Assembly (NCBI GenBank): GCA_964483805.1
Contig: CAZADH010000001.1
Location: 28,724 to 92,723 of the forward strand
Origin: an uncultured bacterium
GTDB taxonomy: Bacteria > Muiribacteriota > Ozemobacteria > Ozemobacterales > Ozemobacteraceae
DNA: 64,000 nucleotides
Direction: 5' to 3'
Shown: positions 9,270 through 18,065 of the stretch, one piece after another
Layout: the number at the start of each line of letters is the position of its first letter
Position numbering within the stretch: position 1 is the first letter of the stretch
Made by a program: the position numbers and the translations under genes
The notes under the pieces: model-generated
Databases searched by the model: none
What the model was told of the DNA's origin: nothing
The model's input: the letters and a program-made list of their open reading frames with translations, nothing else

Positions 9270-10610
9270 TCAGTATTTGTAGATGCTGCCGCCGATGTAC
9301 TCGCGGATGAGCGCGTCTTTGGGGACGACGCTCTCGTCCTGCCAGTCATGGAAGGCGGCGAGCATGTCATGCACCCGCTTGGCGCGAATGAAGGCGTCCT
9401 GCCGCTTGGGTTCGGCGCGGTAGTCCTGAATGAAGTCGGGGAAATACTTGAACAAGTGCTTCTTGTAGATCGGCAGTTCGTAGGCGAGCGAGCCGTCGAG
9501 GATATGATCGACGGTGTCGATGAACGGGATGATGTGCTGGATTTCGCTGCGGCGCACGTAATGCCAGTGTTCGAGGGTCTGCCGCGGGTTGTAGCTGCGG
9601 TGCCAACTGTCGCGGACCATGCGGCGGAGCAGCCGCACATCGGCCCAGCGCAGGAAGTTGCCGGTGTGGTCTTTGATCTGGCACAAACTTTCGATGTAGA
9701 GCTTGAACTTCTTGGCGGCCGGGACGCTGTCGGTCATTGGCCCGTAGAGGCCATGCAGGCTGTCGAGCAGCACGATCTGGTGCTTCTCAAGTTTGAGCGG
9801 GTCGGTGTCGAGCTCGCGCTTGCCGGTCTTGAAGTTGTACCGCGGCATCTTGATCGTCTTGCCCTTGAGCAATTGCGACAGGTGCGTGTTGATCAGTTCG
9901 AGGTCGAGGGCCTGCGGGGTCTCGAAATCGTAATCGCCGAACTCGTCGCGCGGATGGTGCGACAGATCGAAGAAGTAGTTGTCGAGGTTCATCGCGACCA
10001 GTTCGTATCCCCGGGCCTGAAGCTGCTCGCCCACCTTGATGGTGGTCGTCGTCTTGCCACTGCTGCTGGGGCCGGCGATGATGACAATGCGGATCTCGTC
10101 TTTGCGGTCGAGGATCTTGGAAACCGCCGCCTGCACGTCAGCGGAGTACTTTTCGGTGACCTCTTGCACGAGGGCCGGATACGAACCGTCTTCAATGCGC
10201 TCATTGATCTTGGCGATCGAGTAGCAGTTGTGGTCGACGGCCCACGACAGGATCTGCCAGATTTTCTTGTACGGGATATTGCCGGAGGTGGCGCTGTATT
10301 GCTCTTTGCCGCGGCGCAGCTTGGCGTGTTCGTAGCGGAACAGAATGAACGCCTTGGCGGTGCGGGCGTGGCCGTCTTCGATCAGTTCACGTTCGATGAT
10401 GTCTTGAATCTCTTCGACGTTGGGCAGAATCGGGGGTTGCTTGGTCAGTTCGAGGTGGTGCACCACCTTGTCGGCAAGGATCTCGGCCAGTTTGCGATCG
10501 CTGCCGCCGACTTCCTGCGCGGCCTTGAAAATGGCTTCGACGATCTTCTCTTTGTCGAACGGAACAACCGAACCGTTGCGTTTGATGACCTTTTGAATCG
10601 AACTGTCCAT
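9270..10610 (-). CDS. ATP-cone domain fused to a uridine-kinase/phosphoribulokinase-family P-loop kinase
   Basis: NrdR-like ATP-cone at the N-terminus (IKRNGSVVPFDKEKIVEAI...) followed by the Walker A motif IVIIAGPSSSGKTTTT. An alternative upstream ATG exists at 10643. Confidence 0.7.
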   Translation of the reverse strand: MDSSIQKVIKRNGSVVPFDKEKIVEAIFKAAQEVGGSDRKLAEILADKVVHHLELTKQPPILPNVEEIQDIIERELIEDGHARTAKAFILFRYEHAKLRRGKEQYSATSGNIPYKKIWQILSWAVDHNCYSIAKINERIEDGSYPALVQEVTEKYSADVQAAVSKILDRKDEIRIVIIAGPSSSGKTTTTIKVGEQLQARGYELVAMNLDNYFFDLSHHPRDEFGDYDFETPQALDLELINTHLSQLLKGKTIKMPRYNFKTGKRELDTDPLKLEKHQIVLLDSLHGLYGPMTDSVPAAKKFKLYIESLCQIKDHTGNFLRWADVRLLRRMVRDSWHRSYNPRQTLEHWHYVRRSEIQHIIPFIDTVDHILDGSLAYELPIYKKHLFKYFPDFIQDYRAEPKRQDAFIRAKRVHDMLAAFHDWQDESVVPKDALIREYIGGSIYKY

Positions 10611-10703
10611 GGGTGGCTTCACTCCTTGCCTTGATCTGTGCAACCCGATTCGCCACGCGAAATCTTTCTCAGCCTAGCCAAGCCGGGGCACGTTGTCAAC
10701 TGT

Positions 10704-10729
10704 GGGGACAGACCCTCAGGTCTGTCCCC
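10704..10729. promoter_or_regulatory. Perfect 11-bp inverted repeat (GGGGACAGACC ctca GGTCTGTCCCC) in a divergent intergenic region
   Basis: Located between the minus-strand kinase start and the plus-strand radical-SAM start. No T-tract follows on either strand, so it looks like an operator site rather than a terminator. Confidence 0.4.
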
Positions 10730-10776
10730 CATCCACAATTTGCCCAGAGAGGGCGTGCGTGGTAGGATACCGGACC

Positions 10777-11754
10777 ATGTTGAACATCCTGGCGCAGATT
10801 GGGGCACGCTGGGCCGGTACACCGCTGCCGGCACCGACGCGAGTGCAGTTCGAGGTGGCGAATTGCTGCAACCTCGCCTGTCCGATGTGTCCGCGCGACC
10901 AGTTGAAACTGCCGCAGACCATCATGCCGCTCGAAGTGTTTCGGGCCGGCCTGGCGTCGTGCCCGCCCGGCTGCAAGATCACCCTGACCGGTTGGGGCGA
11001 ACCGCTGCTGAACCGCGATCTGTTCACGATGGTGCGGGAAGCGCGCGCCCGCGGGCACCAGACTGCGTTCACCAGCAACGGTATTCTGCTCGACCGCCAT
11101 CTCGATGCCATTCTGGATTCGGGTCTCGATGCGTTGTCGGTGTCGCTCGACAGCACGTTGCCCGATGCGCACGGGCACGGCGATGCCTCGAAGCAATTGG
11201 CGAATCTGCAGGCACTGCAGGCACGGGCCCGCGAGCGCGGCCTGCCCTGCCCCACCCTGTCGTTGTTGACGACGTTGCAGGATGACGGGGGCCGTGGGGC
11301 CCTCTCGGTGGTCGAGGCCGCGGCGCGCCTCCGGGTGGCGCGGATGGTGCTGGTGCGCCTCAATATCTGGAATCCGGCATCGGGGCTGAAACGCCCGGAT
11401 CTGGTGACTGAAATACGCAATATTGCCCGAATCGAGCGGGCCGCACGTCGGCACGGTCTACGCGTCGATCACAACGGCGCATTCTTCACCGGGGTGCCGC
11501 GCGTGCTCTACCGTCTGCTTCGGCCGTGGCTGTACCGGGGTGATACCGTTTGCCCCAAGCCGCTCGACTTTCTCTATGTGCGCGACAACGGTGATGTGAC
11601 GCCGTGTTGCGATCTTCCCCACAGTGTCGTCGGCAACGTGATGCGCGAGCGGTTGCTCGACATCTGGAACGGCGCAGCGGTGGCCCGGTTCCGCCAGGCC
11701 ATGCCCGAGCGCTGCCGTCATTGCGATCATCTCTTCCTGCGACAGAAATACTGA
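10777..11754 (+). CDS. Radical SAM enzyme with a C-terminal SPASM/twitch Cys-rich domain
   Basis: CxxxCxxC motif (CNLACPMC) and a C-terminal cysteine cluster (CPKPLDF...TPCCDLPH...CRHCDH). Confidence 0.8.
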   Translation: MLNILAQIGARWAGTPLPAPTRVQFEVANCCNLACPMCPRDQLKLPQTIMPLEVFRAGLASCPPGCKITLTGWGEPLLNRDLFTMVREARARGHQTAFTSNGILLDRHLDAILDSGLDALSVSLDSTLPDAHGHGDASKQLANLQALQARARERGLPCPTLSLLTTLQDDGGRGALSVVEAAARLRVARMVLVRLNIWNPASGLKRPDLVTEIRNIARIERAARRHGLRVDHNGAFFTGVPRVLYRLLRPWLYRGDTVCPKPLDFLYVRDNGDVTPCCDLPHSVVGNVMRERLLDIWNGAAVARFRQAMPERCRHCDHLFLRQKY

Positions 11755-11797
11755 GTATTTACTCCACTGTCGTGGGTGCGAACCCGAGGTCGAAACC

Positions 11798-13237
11798 ATG
11801 AAAATCACTTACATCGCCCCGCCGCCCGAGGCCGGAAAACGTGCCGCCGAGCGTGTTGCCGGTTGTGCCCATGTCATCTACAACGTGCCGAACATCTACG
11901 TGCTCTGGGTGGCGGCCGTGCTCGAGAAAGACGGCCATCAGGTGCGGCACGTCGATGCTGCCCTCGAAAACTGGTCGCCGGAGCGGTTCCGCGAGTTCAT
12001 CAAGGCCGACGACAGCGATGCGTATTATTTCTATTCGGTCAACCTCGCCAAGGAACTGGACATCGCGACGACCCGCATGATCCATGAGGTTCGCGGGGGC
12101 GTGCCGGTGATCTTCACCGGTCCATCGCCGTCCGACAAGGTCGACGATTTCGTGGTCGATGCCCACACCTTCGTGGTGCGCGGCGAGGCGGAGGTGACCA
12201 CCCGCGAACTGGTGCGGGCGTTGCGTGACAAAACCCCGTTGGCCGGGGTCGATGGCATGAGCTGGCGCGACGGCTCCGGCCCGGTGCAGCACAACAAACC
12301 ACGGGCGCTGATCGAGAATCTCGATGAGATACCCTTCCCGGCGCGGCATTTGATCGACCGCGAAGCGTATTTCAACCCGAAGCTTGGCGTGCGGCCGTTC
12401 ACCTCGGTGATGACGTCGCGGGGTTGTCCGAACCAGTGCATCTATTGCGTGCCCAGTTCGGTGACTTTCGCCGCCGAGCTCGAGAACAAGCGGTATTTTG
12501 GCTGCAAACCGCGCGTGCGTGTGCGCAGCATCGACAACATCGTCGCCGAGTTCGAGCAACTGGCCCGCGAAGGCTACAAGGGCATCAGCATTCAAGACGA
12601 CCAGTTCGCGTGGGGGACCGAGCGCACCGTCGAGTTGTGCCGGCGCCTCGCTCCGCTTGGCCTGGCGTGGGGCTGTTCGTGTCGCGCCGACCGGCTCAAC
12701 GAGGCGATCATCAAGGCGATGGCGGCAGCCGGTTGTAAATACATCGACATCGGGGTCGAGTCGTTCGATCCCAAGGTGTTGCGTTACATCAAGAAGGGTT
12801 ACGACGATCCGAAGATGGTCGAGCGGGTGATCAAGCTGATCCAGAAACATGGCGTGAAGGCGAAGATCAACATCCTCTTCGGCGCCAGTCCGCTCGAGAC
12901 GAAGACCACGATCAAACGCACGATTCAAGAGGTCCGCCGCATCGGCCCCGATCAGGTCATGTACGACATCGTCAATCCGTTCCCGGGCACCGAGTTGTAC
13001 AACCTCGCCAAGAAAGAGGGCTGGTTCCGCTACGGTGATTATGTGCCCGCCGACGTCGGCAAGCACAGCATCATCCAGTTGCCGCACCTCAAACCACGCG
13101 ACCTGGAGCGGGCGATCCGGTACGCCAACATCACCTTCTTCTTCAGCCCACGCTTCTTGTTCAAGAACATCGTGGCGCTGCGCAGCCTGACGGCCCTGAA
13201 AAACTCGCTGGTGGCGATGTATCGCAAACTCGTGTGA
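11798..13237 (+). CDS. B12-binding-domain radical SAM protein (class B)
   Basis: N-terminal cobalamin-binding-like Rossmann region followed by TSRGCPNQCIYC. Confidence 0.85.
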   Translation: MKITYIAPPPEAGKRAAERVAGCAHVIYNVPNIYVLWVAAVLEKDGHQVRHVDAALENWSPERFREFIKADDSDAYYFYSVNLAKELDIATTRMIHEVRGGVPVIFTGPSPSDKVDDFVVDAHTFVVRGEAEVTTRELVRALRDKTPLAGVDGMSWRDGSGPVQHNKPRALIENLDEIPFPARHLIDREAYFNPKLGVRPFTSVMTSRGCPNQCIYCVPSSVTFAAELENKRYFGCKPRVRVRSIDNIVAEFEQLAREGYKGISIQDDQFAWGTERTVELCRRLAPLGLAWGCSCRADRLNEAIIKAMAAAGCKYIDIGVESFDPKVLRYIKKGYDDPKMVERVIKLIQKHGVKAKINILFGASPLETKTTIKRTIQEVRRIGPDQVMYDIVNPFPGTELYNLAKKEGWFRYGDYVPADVGKHSIIQLPHLKPRDLERAIRYANITFFFSPRFLFKNIVALRSLTALKNSLVAMYRKLV

Positions 13238-13285
13238 CCGGGCGGCCATAACGGCCGAGGTGACAGAGACTGGTGTGTAAATACA

Positions 13286-14383
13286 ATGAGTGACATCAAC
13301 AGCCAATCGGGAGCGGCGGCCCCCTTGCCGATCGTGACGCCACTGAAGATCAGTGTCGTCGTGCCGGTCTACAACGAAGAACGCAACATCGCCGGCCTGA
13401 CCGCGAGTTTCGACCGCCTGGCCCTGGGCGACGACGACGAAGTGCTTTTTGTCGACGACGGTTCGGCCGACCGGTCGTTCGAGTTGTTGAGCAACTACGT
13501 GCAGGGCAAGCCGCGGGCGTTTCGCCTGGTGCGGTTGCCGGCAAACGTGGGGCGGGCCGAGGCCTTGAATGCCGGCGCCCGGGAGGCGAAAGGTGACGTG
13601 CTTGCGTTCACCGATGCTGACGCGCATCCACCGGTCGATTGGCTGCAACACGTGCGACGGTGGTTCGCCGATCCGACCGTCGTCGCGGCTGGCGGGGCGT
13701 TTGCGCCGTCGAATCCCGATGAGGGCCTGGTCGGTTGGTATCATCTCGGCGATCGGGTAATGAACGAGATTCTCAGCAAGGGGCTGACCGCCAACAAACT
13801 GTCGGGTGTGAACTCGGCGGTACGGCGCGAGGCGTTGCTGAAGGTCGGCGGTTTCCGCCGCGAGGCCTGGTGGGCCGAAGATTCTGACCTGTGCTTCCGG
13901 CTCAAAGACCTGGGGCGCATCCACTACGATTCCAGTGTGGTGGTGACCACGGCGTATCCGGCCACGGTGGTCGAGATCTGGAAGCGCAAGTGGATCTGGG
14001 GCCAGGCCATGGGCGTGAAGTTCCGCCGCGAGGGCGTGCCCGAGCCGCGCCTGCTCATTCGGCCGACCGTCATCACCGGGTTGACCGGGGTGCTGGCGAT
14101 GCTGCCGTTTCTCGACGCGCAACAGCGCCGCACCGTGCTGCTGACCTTCGTCGCGCTGCAACTGTTCATGACCACCTACATCTGGGGGCGCAGCAAGCGC
14201 TCGCTGAGTCTCGGTGAATGCGCGGCGGTGATCCCGTTGCTGGTGTTGCGCGAGGTCGCGTACGTCGGCGGGTTCTACGACGGTCTGTGGCGCGGCGACG
14301 CGGTGACGAAGCGCGCTTCGTGGAAGCCGATGGTTGCCCCCGAGAACCCGGTCGCCACGGCGACCGAAACGGAAAACAGGTAA
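13286..14383 (+). CDS. Family 2 glycosyltransferase with a C-terminal membrane region
   Basis: ISVVVPVYNEERNI...VLFVDDGSAD...FTDADA motifs typical of GT2 enzymes. Confidence 0.8.
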   Translation: MSDINSQSGAAAPLPIVTPLKISVVVPVYNEERNIAGLTASFDRLALGDDDEVLFVDDGSADRSFELLSNYVQGKPRAFRLVRLPANVGRAEALNAGAREAKGDVLAFTDADAHPPVDWLQHVRRWFADPTVVAAGGAFAPSNPDEGLVGWYHLGDRVMNEILSKGLTANKLSGVNSAVRREALLKVGGFRREAWWAEDSDLCFRLKDLGRIHYDSSVVVTTAYPATVVEIWKRKWIWGQAMGVKFRREGVPEPRLLIRPTVITGLTGVLAMLPFLDAQQRRTVLLTFVALQLFMTTYIWGRSKRSLSLGECAAVIPLLVLREVAYVGGFYDGLWRGDAVTKRASWKPMVAPENPVATATETENR

Positions 14384-14391
14384 TAACACGC

Positions 14392-15888
14392 ATGCGCGTT
14401 CTTCTCATTGATCCGCCCTTCTATCGCCTGATCGGCTTCACCAATCGGTATTACCCGATGGGCTTGTGTTCCCTTGGGGCGCATCTCGAGCGGCTGGGGC
14501 ACACGGTCGCCGTGCACGACCACGACGCCAACCTGGCGACCGGTCGCATGGATTACGCGAACCAGACCTGGGCGTATCAGGAGTTCGTCAAGCTGTTGCA
14601 GAATCCGGATCACCCGACCTGGCGCGAGATCGTGCAGCAGGCGCGGGAGTTCAACCCCGACATCATCGGCATCAGCCTGCTGACCCCGAAACTGGGCGCG
14701 GGCGTGCGGGTGGGATTGGCGTTGCGGGCCGCCTTGCCGGCCGTGCCGATCGTGTTGGGCGGGACGCACCCGACGGTGCAGCCCGAGGAGACCCTGTCGT
14801 GGGGCTTTGCCGACATCGTGGTGCGCGGCGAAGGCGAAGAGACGTTTGCCGAGTTGCTCGAGGCGATCGCCGCCGACCGCTCGATGGCCGGCATTCCGGG
14901 GTTGTCGTACCGGGGCGCCGACGGCAAGATCCACCACAACCCCGATCGCAAGTTGATTCAAGAGATCAGCACCCTGCCGGCGCCCGGTCGGCACCTGTTG
15001 AAGAACCTGGCGCGCTACACCGGCGAAGACCTCGGTCTGATCATGACTTCGCGCGGTTGTCCGTACAACTGCCGGTTCTGCTCGAGCAAGTCGATCTGGA
15101 CCCGCCGCACGCGTTTTCGCGCGATCGATGACGTGGCCAATGAGATCGATGAAATACAAAGTCGTTACAACGTAAGCTATATTACCTTCAAAGACGATTC
15201 GTTCACGTTGCGGCGCGAACGCATCCTCGCATACTGCCGTCTGCATCGGCAACGATTTCCGAAGCTGCCCTGGGAATGCGTGACGCGTCTCGACCTGATC
15301 GACGCCGACTTGCTGGCGACGATGCGGGCTGCCGGGTGTGTCACCGTGAAAGTCGGCGTCGAGAGCGGCAGTGCGCGTATGCTCGCGGCGATCGACAAGG
15401 GTGAGGGGTTGGCCGAGATGCGTCACGGGGCGCGGTTGTTGCGCCAGTCGGGGATGTTCTGGAGCGCCTATTTCATCATCGGGTTGCCCGGTGAGACCGA
15501 AGCCGACCAAGATGAATCGGTGCGGGTGCTCGGGCAGTTGGCCCCCGATTTTGCTGCCGTCGGCTGTTACGAGCCGTTCCCCGGCACGCCGATGTTTGCC
15601 GATGGGCTGCAACGTGGGCTGTTCGTGCCGCGCATGAGTGCCGACGAGATTCTGGGCACGCCGCCGGGTGAATACTATCTGAAGACACCGGGCGTTCGTT
15701 CCGACCTGATTTCGCCCGAGCGCTTCGCGCAGCGGGAACGGCACCTCGTGGGCCTGTTTGCTGCGCGGAACCGGCGGGTGCGGGCGGTCGTGCGACGATT
15801 GCGGGCCCGGGTGGCGCAGTATCGGCTGAACCCGCGGATGTTTTTCCGTGACGCGTGGCAGTTCGTCCAGTGGTATCATCACGCGTAG
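14392..15888 (+). CDS. B12-binding-domain radical SAM protein (class B), second copy
   Basis: MRVLLIDPPFY...GLCSLGA B12-like N-domain followed by MTSRGCPYNCRFCSS. Confidence 0.85.
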   Translation: MRVLLIDPPFYRLIGFTNRYYPMGLCSLGAHLERLGHTVAVHDHDANLATGRMDYANQTWAYQEFVKLLQNPDHPTWREIVQQAREFNPDIIGISLLTPKLGAGVRVGLALRAALPAVPIVLGGTHPTVQPEETLSWGFADIVVRGEGEETFAELLEAIAADRSMAGIPGLSYRGADGKIHHNPDRKLIQEISTLPAPGRHLLKNLARYTGEDLGLIMTSRGCPYNCRFCSSKSIWTRRTRFRAIDDVANEIDEIQSRYNVSYITFKDDSFTLRRERILAYCRLHRQRFPKLPWECVTRLDLIDADLLATMRAAGCVTVKVGVESGSARMLAAIDKGEGLAEMRHGARLLRQSGMFWSAYFIIGLPGETEADQDESVRVLGQLAPDFAAVGCYEPFPGTPMFADGLQRGLFVPRMSADEILGTPPGEYYLKTPGVRSDLISPERFAQRERHLVGLFAARNRRVRAVVRRLRARVAQYRLNPRMFFRDAWQFVQWYHHA

Positions 15889-15918
15889 TGAACAACCAAA
15901 GCCAGAGGGTCGTGATCG

Positions 15919-17380
15919 ATGAGTAGTCGCCGCCGTCGCCCGTTGCCGTTCATGCTGCGGGTGCCGCCCAACGCCGAGATGTTGTTTTCGATCGGCATGG
16001 TCGTGCTCGATGCGTTGGTGCTCAACGCCGTGGTGTTGTCGGTGTATCAGTTCTGGTTGACGCCGACCTCGCAGGGCATCTACATCGACGCGTATTACAA
16101 TGTGCGGCTGATTCTTTTCGGTCTGTATTTTGTTTTTGGGGCGCTGCTCACCCGATTCTCGCTGCGCCACGTCGGCAACGTGGCCGACAACTTCTCGGGG
16201 TCGGCGAGTAGTCTGCTGGCAGTGTTTGTCAGTTTCAACCTGCTCTTGTTCCTGTCGCGCGAACTGGCCCGGCAGGCGCACAACTTCCCACGACCGGTGT
16301 TGCTCATGTCGACGGTCGTGGCGATATTCGCACTGTTCTTGTTGCGGGTCGCGTTGTCGTCACTGTTCAAACCGTATCCGCGGTTGCGCCGGGCGTTCAT
16401 CGTCGGCGACGACGAGGAGGGGCGCCGGATTCTGCGGCACATGCACATGAACGGGCAGGAGCGGTTCAAGATCCTGCGGGTGTTCAAGGCGGCCGAGATC
16501 GACCAGTTGGCGGCCGAGGTGGTGTTCCATCGGGTCGACGAGGTCATCGTCACCGATCCGCACGTGTCGCTCGACAAGTTCTGGGCGCAGATCTACTACG
16601 GCCGCAAGGCCGAGCCGCACCCGTTTCGTGTGCGCCTGGCCGTCGATCCCTCCACGGCCACCGGCGTGTTCGGGTTGCGCAGTCTCGACGATCTGCCGCT
16701 GCTGACCGTTGGGTCCGATGCGCTCGGGCCGATCGGTCGATTCGTGAAGCGCACGTTCGACATCTGTTTTGCCATCTTCGCGTTGATCATCACCTCGCCG
16801 GTGTTGCTGTTGACGGCGATCGCCGTGCGGCTCGATTCGCCGGGGCCGATCTTTTACAAACAGAAGCGGGTCGGCCGGTTCGGGCGCGAGTTCTACGTGA
16901 TCAAGTTCCGCTCGATGACCGTCGATGCCGAGAAGGGCAAGGGGCCACAGATCGCGACCGAGCACGATCCGCGCGTCACCCGCATCGGTCGCTGGTTGCG
17001 GGGATTGGGCATCGATGAGCTGCCGCAGTTCTTCTCGGTTTTGATCGGCGAGATGTCGGTGGTCGGCCCGCGCCCGGAGCGACCGTTCTTCGTCGAACAG
17101 CACCCCGAGTTTCAGGGCCGTCGGCTTGCGGTGCGCCCGCTTCGGCTATCACGCGGCTCACCAGCTCACCGGCCCGGGGGTGACCGGGTTGGCCGCGGTG
17201 AATGCGCGCTACTATCTGAAGCTCACCGACAAGGTCAGCTACGACTACATCTATCTCGACAATGCAGGTCTGTGGCTCGACATCAAGATCATCTTCCAGA
17301 CGATCTGGGTCGTGCTGTTTCAGGCCAAGCGGTCGATGAAAGACCCGACCATCAACGACGGTACCAGCGGGGATACCTGA
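15919..17380 (+). pseudogene. Polyprenyl-phosphate sugar phosphotransferase (WbaP/CpsE-like initiating transferase), apparently frameshifted (+1) around 17101-17140. Could be a sequencing error.
   Basis: Frame 1 encodes the transmembrane N-domain and the catalytic core (...DELPQFFSVLIGEMSVVGPRPERPFFVEQ). The conserved C-terminus (RFGYHAAHQLTGPGVTGLAAVN...YDYIYLDNAGLWLDIKII) is in frame 2 (ORF 17126..17380). The frame-1 continuation to 17445 is junk. Confidence 0.65.
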
Positions 17381-17413
17381 TCGCGGTCTTCTCTCCCGCG
17401 GCCGGGGTTTCGC

Positions 17414-18046
17414 TCAGGCGCGTGCCGGCGCGGTTGTTTCGGTAAGAAACTCGAGAAACCGCCAGAACCGTTCCCGGAATGCCAGACGCCCCACACCGGT
17501 CGCATTCAGTCGCGGCAGTTCGGTCTCGTGCCAGGTCTCGAGCAATGCTTCGTATTGCATCGCTTCGCGCGATGCGCGTCGCGACATGATCTGCACTTCA
17601 TGGCGGGTCAGGGCGTCGAGCGGCCACGGGGTCGGGCACAGGGCGCGTTCGAGTCGGCGGACGCGCTTCACGTCGGCGGTGAACGGGTAGAGCCGACAAG
17701 ACAGTGGTCGCCAGGCGTGTACGCCGCACCGGCGGGTGCCGCCGAGATTGAGCAGAAAAAGGCAGCGACCGGTGCGGCGGCGCAGGCCCATCAGGAAGCG
17801 CTCTTCCTCGCCGAGCGAGAACGACCAGGCGGCTTGCTCGGCGTTCTCGGCCGTCAAAGGAACCGGCATGATGATCGTTTCGGGGGCGACATGCAGGTGG
17901 TCGCGCAGGCGGCGCAGATCGTCAGGAAAGAGATAGACCCGGTAGGCTCCGCAACACACCGTATGGCAGCGGATACACGGAATATTGCTGCCGGCCGATT
18001 CGGGCCCGCAAGCCGAGGGATTGCTTTCACCGCGCTCGTTGACCAT
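17414..18046 (-). CDS. YkgJ-family cysteine-cluster (CxxCxxCC) protein
   Basis: Motifs CIRCHTVCCGAY...CRLYPF. Confidence 0.65.
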   Translation of the reverse strand: MVNERGESNPSACGPESAGSNIPCIRCHTVCCGAYRVYLFPDDLRRLRDHLHVAPETIIMPVPLTAENAEQAAWSFSLGEEERFLMGLRRRTGRCLFLLNLGGTRRCGVHAWRPLSCRLYPFTADVKRVRRLERALCPTPWPLDALTRHEVQIMSRRASREAMQYEALLETWHETELPRLNATGVGRLAFRERFWRFLEFLTETTAPARA

Positions 18047-18065
18047 CAGCGGTATGCTGCGCGCA

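Noticed and set aside
10644-10776. Possible RiPP precursor peptide upstream of the SPASM radical-SAM gene
   Set aside because: No short ORF with a plausible ribosome-binding site and start was found. The region is occupied by the 11-bp palindrome and promoter-like sequence.
10777-11754. Link between the SPASM radical-SAM enzyme (anSME-like) and the FGE domains of the giant lipoproteins
   Set aside because: The FGE-type domain is the aerobic formylglycine-generating fold itself, not a sulfatase substrate. The genes are 12 kb apart in different transcription units. The co-occurrence is probably coincidental.
11759-14389. 876-aa minus-strand ORF
   Set aside because: It is antisense to the B12-radical-SAM and GT2 genes, which have clear catalytic motifs. 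Its translation is Arg/His/Gly-rich junk.
14275-16281. 668-aa minus-strand ORF
   Set aside because: It is antisense to the second B12-radical-SAM gene and the sugar transferase. It has no motifs.
17381-17445. Frame-1 continuation of the sugar-transferase ORF to 17445
   Set aside because: Past about 17110 the frame-1 translation loses all similarity to the family. The conserved C-terminus is in frame 2 and ends at 17380.
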